Below the pieces are notes generated by a model that had not been told where the DNA came from, did not search any database, and saw nothing but the letters and a program-made list of their open reading frames with translations. The position numbers and the translations under genes are program-made. A stretch of 59,869 nucleotides of DNA, taken from positions 1 to 59,869 of the forward strand of contig JBBWZJ010000131.1 in the NCBI GenBank assembly GCA_039648985.1, read 5' to 3'. Each line of letters opens with the position of its first letter. The stretch's first letter is position 1. This stretch comes from Acidobacteriota bacterium. Its GTDB lineage: Bacteria > Acidobacteriota > Vicinamibacteria > Vicinamibacterales > 2-12-FULL-66-21. Shown piece by piece: positions 53,362-59,869 of the stretch.

Positions 53362-53793
53362 GTGATGATCGATCGTGCGCGGCTCGGCGTGACGGTGTTC
53401 GCGGTGTGGCTCGGCGTCTCGGGGGCGGCGCTGCTCTTCGCACCACGGGAAATCAGCACACGATTGGGTGCCTCCGGACCTGATGTCGTCTACCAGCTGC
53501 TCGCCGCGGCGCTGCTCGGACTGGCCGCGATGAACCATGTCGCGCGCGGATCGGCGCTCGGAGGCATTTACGGTCGGGCGGTCGTCACAGCAGACCAGGT
53601 TCACTTCACGATCGGCGCACTCGTATTGATCAAGCTCGCCCTTCGGCACAGTGTGGCGCCAGCCTTGTGGATTGCGATTCTGGCCTACGTCGCGGGAGCC
53701 GTGTTCTTCAATCTGCTGCTCTTCCACGGTGTGCGCCCGCCGGCCCAAGCGCCCCCACCGCCGCCTGAGGTCGGCCTGCCGTCCGGCGGTTGA
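53362..53793 (+). CDS. Hypothetical four-helix membrane protein
   Basis: 143 aa with four hydrophobic helices and a Pro-rich tail (PPAQAPPPPPE). GTG start. Confidence 0.6.
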   Translation: MMIDRARLGVTVFAVWLGVSGAALLFAPREISTRLGASGPDVVYQLLAAALLGLAAMNHVARGSALGGIYGRAVVTADQVHFTIGALVLIKLALRHSVAPALWIAILAYVAGAVFFNLLLFHGVRPPAQAPPPPPEVGLPSGG

Positions 53794-54071
53794 GGTAATC
53801 GCCTCGTACAAGGGTTGTACGGCCCGTGACGCACGGGCGGTTTCGGGACGACCGTCGGCTGGCGAGTGCGTTTCGCCAGCTTCGAGTTACCCCCGGGGGA
53901 ACCTGCTGCAACTAGCCGCACGCTTCTTGGAGCCTTTGCGCTCGTGGCCAGACAGCACCCTCCCACGCCCTGTGGACGCGAGCCCCGCGTGTTCTTTCTC
54001 GAGGCGCTGGTTTTCGAGGCCACGCTGATCGCCGACGCGGCGCCGCGCACGGGTACACCCCGCACATAAAT

Positions 54072-56267
54072 ATGAACCCCCTCGAGCTCTGGGGCGGTGT
54101 GGAATGCACCGTCAACCGGGTCGGTGACCGCTTTTTCGACCAGGTGCGCCGTACCGGGCATCACGACCGGGTGGAGGACATCGCTCTGCTCGCGTCGACA
54201 GGTGTCCGGGCCGTCCGATATCCCGTTGTGTGGGAGCGCGTCGCGCCCGACGGACTCGCGCGTGCCGACTGGTCCTGGACCGATGACCGGCTTGCACGTC
54301 TGAGAGCTCACGGCATCCGGCCGATTGCGGGACTCGTGCACCACGGCAGCGGGCCCGCGTGCACGCACCTCCTCGATCCTGACTTCCCCCGCTTACTCGG
54401 GGAGTACGCGCGGGCGGTCGCCCAGCGCTATCCCTGGATCGACAGCTACACGCCGGTCAACGAGCCGCTGACGACCGCCAGGTTCAGCGCGCTGTACGGC
54501 CACTGGTATCCGCATCGGACGGATCCGGCGTCGTTCGTCACGGCCTTGTTGAACGAGGTGCGCGGAACGATCGTCGCGATGGCGGCGATTCGCGACATCA
54601 ATCCGGCCGCCGGTCTGGTGCAAACCGAAGACGCAGGGCGCACATACAGTACGCCGCGGCTCGCCCGGCAGGCGACCCACGAAAATCACCGGCGCTGGCT
54701 GACGTTCGATCTGCTGACGGGACGCGTCACTGACGGACATCCACTCTGGACGTGGCTCCTCCGGGTTGGTGCGGACCCCGCGTGTCTGGAATGGATCGCG
54801 GCGAATGCGTGCGCACCGGATGTCGTGGGGCTCAATTACTACCTGACGAGCGATCGATATCTCGACGAACACCTCGACCGGTATCCCGTGTGGACGCACG
54901 GCGGCAACGGCGTGGATCGGTACGCGGACGTCGAGGCGGTGCGTGCGCACGAAGCCGGCCTTGCGGGACACGAGCACGTGCTCCGCGAAGCGTGGGATCG
55001 CTACCGGCTGCCGGTCGCCATCACCGAGGTCCATGCCGGTGCGACGCGCGAGGAGCAGCTGCGCTGGACGACACGCGCGTGGACAGCGGCCGAACGGGCG
55101 CGGGAGGCCGGAGCGGATGTCCGCGCGGTCACCCTGTGGGCGATGTTCGGCTCCTACGACTGGAACTCGCTGTGCGTCCGCTGCGACGGCGTGTTCGAGC
55201 CTGGCGCATTCGACACGCGGAGCAACCCGCCCCGGCGCACCGCTGTGGCGTCGCTCGGCCAGACCCTGGTCGAGTCCCGCGTGCTGGATCCGATGGTGTT
55301 CCAGCCAGGCTGGTGGGAACGCCCCAGTCGTTTCCTGTGGCCGCCCCGAGCGGACGGCGCCGGGTCGACGGCACAGTGCGCGGTGCGGAACGAACGACCG
55401 CTGGTCATTGTGGGCGCGCGCGGAACCCTCGGTCGTGCGCTCGTCCGCGCCTGTGCCCGTCGGGGCCTGCCGCACGTCGCGCTCGGTCGCGATCTCCTCG
55501 ACCTCACCGATCCCGCGGCAATCCGCTCCGTCCTCGACGACCTGCGCCCGTGGGCCGTCGTGAACGCGGCCGGCTACGTGCGCGTGGACGACGCGGAGGG
55601 CGACGCGGATGCATGCCTGCGAGTCAACACGGATGCGGCCGGCTGCCTCGCGGAGCGATGTGCAGCCGCGGGCGCGCGCTTCGTGACGTTCTCGAGCGAT
55701 CTGGTGTTCGACGGCGATCTCAGACGTCCGTACGTCGAAACGGATCGTCCCAGTCCGCTGAACGTGTACGGCATCAGCAAGCTGGAGGCGGAATGCCGCG
55801 TGCGCGAGCTCCACCCGCGCGGTCTGATCATCCGGACCAGCGCGTTCTTCGGACCCGAGGACGACTTCAATTTCGTGGCGCTCGCGCTGCGCTCCCTGTC
55901 CGAGGGTCGGCCGTTCAGCGCGGCAGACGACGCCGTCGTGTCACCGACGTACGTGCCGGACCTTGTCGAGGCGACCTTGGATCTGCTGATCGATGCCGAA
56001 TCCGGCGTCTGGCACCTCGCCAACCCCGGAGAGATCACCTGGGCCGCGTTCGGACGTGCGGCCGCGGCGCTGGCGGGCCTGGATCCCGCGCTGATCGTCG
56101 GCGTGCCGACCGCCGCGTTGAACCTGCGCGCCCCCCGGCCCGCGTACAGTGCGCTCGCATCAGAGCACGGGGCGATCCTCCCGCCCCTGGCCGACGCGCT
56201 CAGCCGCTACACTACGGCGGTCGCGGGCAGGAGCGCTGCGGTCGAACGCCTCACGGCGACGCCGTGA
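54072..56267 (+). CDS. Fusion protein: clan GH-A (GH1-like) TIM-barrel domain plus RmlD-like dTDP-4-dehydrorhamnose reductase domain
   Basis: The N-terminal half carries both clan-A catalytic signatures (YTPVNEPLT, VAITEVHAG). The C-terminal half shows an RmlD pattern: IVGARGTLGRAL (Rossmann), LDLTDPAAIRSVLDDLRPWAVVNAAGYVRVDDAE, FSSDLVFDG and NVYGISKLEAE (YxxxK). Confidence 0.8.
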   Translation: MNPLELWGGVECTVNRVGDRFFDQVRRTGHHDRVEDIALLASTGVRAVRYPVVWERVAPDGLARADWSWTDDRLARLRAHGIRPIAGLVHHGSGPACTHLLDPDFPRLLGEYARAVAQRYPWIDSYTPVNEPLTTARFSALYGHWYPHRTDPASFVTALLNEVRGTIVAMAAIRDINPAAGLVQTEDAGRTYSTPRLARQATHENHRRWLTFDLLTGRVTDGHPLWTWLLRVGADPACLEWIAANACAPDVVGLNYYLTSDRYLDEHLDRYPVWTHGGNGVDRYADVEAVRAHEAGLAGHEHVLREAWDRYRLPVAITEVHAGATREEQLRWTTRAWTAAERAREAGADVRAVTLWAMFGSYDWNSLCVRCDGVFEPGAFDTRSNPPRRTAVASLGQTLVESRVLDPMVFQPGWWERPSRFLWPPRADGAGSTAQCAVRNERPLVIVGARGTLGRALVRACARRGLPHVALGRDLLDLTDPAAIRSVLDDLRPWAVVNAAGYVRVDDAEGDADACLRVNTDAAGCLAERCAAAGARFVTFSSDLVFDGDLRRPYVETDRPSPLNVYGISKLEAECRVRELHPRGLIIRTSAFFGPEDDFNFVALALRSLSEGRPFSAADDAVVSPTYVPDLVEATLDLLIDAESGVWHLANPGEITWAAFGRAAAALAGLDPALIVGVPTAALNLRAPRPAYSALASEHGAILPPLADALSRYTTAVAGRSAAVERLTATP

Positions 56268-56499
56268 TTCGGTGCACCCCTGAGGTCCGCCAGTGCGGGT
56301 ACGAGTAGCGCTGTCGTTTCACTCTGGCACTCTGTCTCACCGCAACTCCCCGGGCTTGCGTCCACGAGCGCGAGGCAGAAGGTGCGAGCGCTCGGTCTGG
56401 CACACCGCACGCACCGTTGATGGCTGGCGCCGGCCTCGTTTCTCACGCTAGCATCTGAGAAGCGTGTTTCTGGAGATCGACGGATCGTCGAGGATGCTG

Positions 56500-58581
56500 A
56501 TGCGTCACGTGCGCGTGTTTCGTGCGTCTGTCGTCAGCGCGCTGTTCGCCATGGCTGTGCCGCTCGCGGCGCAGGCGCCGTCCAACCCTCCGCCCCAGAC
56601 CCCTCCGGGGCCGATTACGGTGCGCGAACAGGTCGAGGTCGTGGCCACGCGCATTCCCGAGGTGCCGCACGACGTGCCCGCCTCGGTCGAAGTGATTGAG
56701 GGCGAGACGCTCCGCGCCCTCGGTGCAACGACCATGCGGGACGCGCTCTCGCTCGCGGCGGGCGTGGAAATCGCGCCGGGAGGCGACGCCGGGCCGGCCG
56801 CAGCGGTGCCCGAGTTCTGGGGACTCCGGGAGTTCGACGCCTTCCTGCTTGTCGTCGACGACATACCCTGGGGCGGCGCCTTCAATCCGGATCTCGCCAC
56901 GCTCAACCTCCGCGATGTGGAGCGGATCGAAATCCTTCGCGGGTCGGCGCCGGTCACGTTCGGCGCCACGTCCTTCGTCGGCGTCATCCACGTCGTCCAC
57001 AATGCCGCGGCGGCAACGCGAAGCTACGCGTCGGTGCGGGGCGGGACCTTCGGCAGCGGCGGTGGCGGGGTCGATCTCGCGGTCCCGGCGCTCGGCGTCT
57101 GGAAATCACGGCTGAGCGCCGACGTCGATCGACAGGGCTTCAGGGACGATCGCACATCCTTCAGGAGAGCCCATCTCAACTACCGCGGCGCGAACGCGGA
57201 TCCCGATCGCCGGATGTGGTTCTCAACCGATCTCAACTGGCTCGATCAGGATCCCGCGAGCCCCCACCCTCGCGTCGGCGGCGTTCTGGCAACGGCGACG
57301 CCGCTCGATGCCAATTACAACCCGGCGGCCGCCTTTCTGCGCGACACGCGCGTGGCAGTGGCGTTCGGCACCGACCGCACCCTCATGCGCACCCTGCGCT
57401 GGACGATGACCGGGTCCTACGCGCACTCGGGGCAGAGCACGTTCCGCGGATTCCTCACGGACGTCGCGAATGCTCCCGCGAATGCCACGGGATTTCTGGA
57501 GAACATCGACGTCAACGATCTCTACGGCGACACGCACGTCGTATGGCCGGTAGCCCGGCACGTGACCCTGGTCAGCGGCGCCGACGTGCTGTTCGGGAAC
57601 GGCGAGGGCCGCGGCGCGACATTCACGTATACCGTCCCCCTCGCAGGGTCGTCCGCCACCGCTGTTCCGGAACCCCACACACTGAACCTGGACGCCGAGA
57701 ACCGCCGGATGTTCGGCGGCGGGTACGCGCAGGTCGAATGGACGCCCGCTTTACGGGTTCACGTGTCCGGCGGCGTGCGGCTGAATGTCACGAACGAGCG
57801 CCGCGGCGAGAGCGGCGGCTCAACGCAGGCACGGCCGGCCGGGAGCATCGGGACAGTCCTCGGGTTGTGGGAGCGGCGTTCCGATCACGTCCGTGTGTTT
57901 GCGAACTACCGCGACACGTTCAAACCTGCGGCGTTCGATTTCTCGCTCGCCGAACACGAGGGGATTCTCGCGCCGGAGACGGCGCGGAGCTACGAGGCCG
58001 GCGTGAAGCTGCGCGGCGCGGGAGGACGCGTGGATGTCGAAGCCGCGGCCTTCCGCATGGATTTCCACAACCTCGTGACCGCCACGGTCCTGGGCGGCCT
58101 GCCGTCGCTCCAGAACGCCGGCGCCACCCGGTTCCAGGGATTCGAAACCGCGATCGAGGCACGAGCCACCCATGCCGTGACCGCGCGCGCGACGTACAGC
58201 TTCCATGACGGGCGCTTCACCGACTTCGTGCAGGACTTCGACGGCGCCAACACGCAGCTGGCCGGGAACCGGTTCGAGATGTCCGCGCGCCACCTGTTCT
58301 CGGCAGGTCTCATCCTCGCACCACACGCCGGGCCGAGCGGGAGCCTGATCGTGAAGCACACGGGCGACAGGTTTCTGAACAAGAGGAACACCGCCCTTGC
58401 GGCGCCGTTCACGACGCTGGACGGCGGCGTCGGCTGGCGGCTCGACGCGTGGGAGCTTCGGCTCGACGCGCGGAACCTGACAGACAGGCGTGATCCGGTC
58501 TCGGAGAGCGAGCTGGGCGAGTCGCAGTATTACCGGATGCCGTCGCGGCGCCTGGATCTGACGCTCGGCCTGCGGTTCTGA
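56500..58581 (+). CDS. TonB-dependent outer-membrane receptor
   Basis: I chose the ATG at 56500 (GAGG 6 nt upstream). The ORF-track start 56464 (GTG) and the ATG at 56494 are alternatives. The signal peptide ends LAAQA, and the plug region reads VEVVATR...ERIEILRGSAPVTFGATSFVGVIHVV. The barrel ends ...LDLTLGLRF. Confidence 0.85.
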   Translation: MRHVRVFRASVVSALFAMAVPLAAQAPSNPPPQTPPGPITVREQVEVVATRIPEVPHDVPASVEVIEGETLRALGATTMRDALSLAAGVEIAPGGDAGPAAAVPEFWGLREFDAFLLVVDDIPWGGAFNPDLATLNLRDVERIEILRGSAPVTFGATSFVGVIHVVHNAAAATRSYASVRGGTFGSGGGGVDLAVPALGVWKSRLSADVDRQGFRDDRTSFRRAHLNYRGANADPDRRMWFSTDLNWLDQDPASPHPRVGGVLATATPLDANYNPAAAFLRDTRVAVAFGTDRTLMRTLRWTMTGSYAHSGQSTFRGFLTDVANAPANATGFLENIDVNDLYGDTHVVWPVARHVTLVSGADVLFGNGEGRGATFTYTVPLAGSSATAVPEPHTLNLDAENRRMFGGGYAQVEWTPALRVHVSGGVRLNVTNERRGESGGSTQARPAGSIGTVLGLWERRSDHVRVFANYRDTFKPAAFDFSLAEHEGILAPETARSYEAGVKLRGAGGRVDVEAAAFRMDFHNLVTATVLGGLPSLQNAGATRFQGFETAIEARATHAVTARATYSFHDGRFTDFVQDFDGANTQLAGNRFEMSARHLFSAGLILAPHAGPSGSLIVKHTGDRFLNKRNTALAAPFTTLDGGVGWRLDAWELRLDARNLTDRRDPVSESELGESQYYRMPSRRLDLTLGLRF

Positions 58582-58584
58582 ACG

Positions 58585-59520
58585 TCAGGCGCCCGCGTCC
58601 GCCTGGCTCAACTGGTCCCTGGCCTCGAGCGCCACGAACACCTGATTACGGCCGCGCGCCTTGGCGGCGTAGAGCGCCGCATCCGCCGCGCGAAACAGCA
58701 GTTCTCCGGCCTTGGCGTCCGTCAGCTCGTCTACCCCTTCCACCGCCGGCCAGGACCCGCGGGCCACACCCACGCTGATGGACAGCGTGCCGCGCGGAAA
58801 GCTCTTCCCCGCCAGCAGCGGCGCACTGGCACGCACGGCTTCGCAGAGATCCTCGGCGATCGCCTGCACGTCGGCTGGGTTCCGCCCGGAGAACGCCACC
58901 ACGAACTCGTCGCCGCCGTACCGGCAGGCGACGGCGTCGGTCGGTAGTCTGGCGCCCGCGATCCGGCCAACGTGCCGCACGGCCTGGGCGCCGATGAGAT
59001 GTCCATACGTGTCGTTGAGCGATTTGAGACGATCCAGGTCGAACACCATCATCGACACCGACGTGCCCGCGTGGCGCGCCTGATGGATCATCAGAGTGAG
59101 GCAGCCCTCGAAGGACCGAAGGTTGTGCAGCCCGGTCAGATCGTCCGTCATCGCGAGCACCCGCAGGCGCCGCCCGTTCTCGGTCAGACTCGCCGTGACC
59201 AGGCCGACGGCGATGAAGAGCGCGATCTGCACGAGGTCGGTCTCGCGATACGCGAAGGTGAGCAGCGCACGGTTCGCCAGGTGATAGAGGAGGATGGCGA
59301 CAAGTGACGTCGCGAGCCCGCCCACCCAGCGGAGCCGCGACGCCGCGACGATTATTGGCAGATAGTACAGATGCTGGACCGGTGCGGCGTCGGTGTTGCG
59401 ATCGAGAAGGAACGTGAGCAACAGGGCGGCGGCCACACCCGCCATCACCCACCACTGCGGCGCGGGCTGCGGGCGCGGCGCCGCGGGTTGACGCTGAGGG
59501 GACGCGGTCGTCAGACGCAC
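58585..59520 (-). CDS. Membrane-anchored diguanylate cyclase (GGDEF domain)
   Basis: N-terminal TM helices are followed by DDLTGLHNLRSF and the active-site RYGGDEFVV. Confidence 0.9.
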   Translation of the reverse strand: MRLTTASPQRQPAAPRPQPAPQWWVMAGVAAALLLTFLLDRNTDAAPVQHLYYLPIIVAASRLRWVGGLATSLVAILLYHLANRALLTFAYRETDLVQIALFIAVGLVTASLTENGRRLRVLAMTDDLTGLHNLRSFEGCLTLMIHQARHAGTSVSMMVFDLDRLKSLNDTYGHLIGAQAVRHVGRIAGARLPTDAVACRYGGDEFVVAFSGRNPADVQAIAEDLCEAVRASAPLLAGKSFPRGTLSISVGVARGSWPAVEGVDELTDAKAGELLFRAADAALYAAKARGRNQVFVALEARDQLSQADAGA

Positions 59521-59581
59521 CTTCCTATTATCGCTCCGCGCCCGTCGGACGAGTCGCCACCGATTCCGGGAATACGCTCGC

Positions 59582-59863
59582 TCAATACCGCGGGACTGCG
59601 GGGTCCACCATCTGCGACCATGCCTCGATCCCGCCAGCGAGGTTGAACAGGTTCCGGAATCCCGCCTGCAGGAAGTACTCGGCGGCCGACTGGCTGCGGA
59701 TCCCGTGGTGACAATGGAACACGATGGGCGTGTCTCGTTCGAGCAGGAGGAGGGCGTCGTGGCACGACTGGTCGAGGAGCCGCGCGCCGGGAATCACCGC
59801 AATGGCGCGCTCTTCGGGGGTTCGGACATCGACGAGCTCGAGCCGGGCGCCGCTGTCGAGCAT
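59582..59863 (-). CDS. Single-domain rhodanese-like sulfurtransferase (N-terminus may extend beyond window)
   Basis: The active-site loop is FHCHHGIRS (Cys-x4-Arg), and GGIEAW is typical of rhodanese domains. The ORF starts 6 nt from the window edge, so the true start is uncertain. Confidence 0.75.
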   Translation of the reverse strand: MLDSGARLELVDVRTPEERAIAVIPGARLLDQSCHDALLLLERDTPIVFHCHHGIRSQSAAEYFLQAGFRNLFNLAGGIEAWSQMVDPAVPRY

Positions 59864-59869
59864 TCTCTT

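Overview
This is a 59.9-kb, very GC-rich window (roughly 70% by eye). It reads as ordinary chromosome rather than a mobile island. I found no rRNA, tRNA, CRISPR array, transposase, integrase or phage genes. The gene content suggests Acidobacteriota, which is an inference: two ADOP-type orphan MacB-like permeases with a PadR regulator, a CarboxypepD_reg-type TonB-dependent receptor, HAF-repeat and BACON-like repeat surface proteins, and a TPR Ser/Thr kinase. I support about 45 CDS. Most ORF-track entries are Arg/Pro/Gly-rich shadow ORFs on the opposite strand or in the wrong frame of real genes. Several long ORFs also carry spurious N-terminal extensions, which I trimmed to starts with a ribosome-binding site or stop/start coupling. 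The layout from left to right is as follows. (1) A TonB-like protein, a TBDR, an AlkP-type phosphodiesterase and a metallophosphoesterase, all on the minus strand. (2) Back-to-back ADOP permeases with one PadR. (3) An AhpD-like protein, a cytochrome c/Vgb-like propeller, and a GntR-SPFH unit. (4) A HAF-repeat protein, a beta-gamma-crystallin and a Nif3-like pair. (5) An orphan response regulator, a small basic protein and an S9 peptidase. (6) A DUF5996-like gene and a decayed receiver remnant riddled with heptamer repeats. (7) A six-repeat BACON-like lipoprotein and an M16 peptidase pair. (8) A 2,902-aa cyclic beta-1,2-glucan synthase homologue followed on the same strand by a MOSC protein, a polytopic membrane protein, a TPR Ser/Thr kinase, a lower-GC anchored orphan and a GT2. 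(9) A lactonase, a His/Gly-motif secreted protein with an outer-membrane barrel, a GH-A/RmlD fusion, a second TBDR, a GGDEF protein and a rhodanese. The best candidates for something undescribed are the glucan-synthase neighbourhood, the Tat-signal/no-signal Nif3-like pair, the HxHGGG-motif secreted pair, and the non-triplet tandem arrays next to both receiver-type sequences. All functional calls rest on motifs I could read in the translations. No database search was run.
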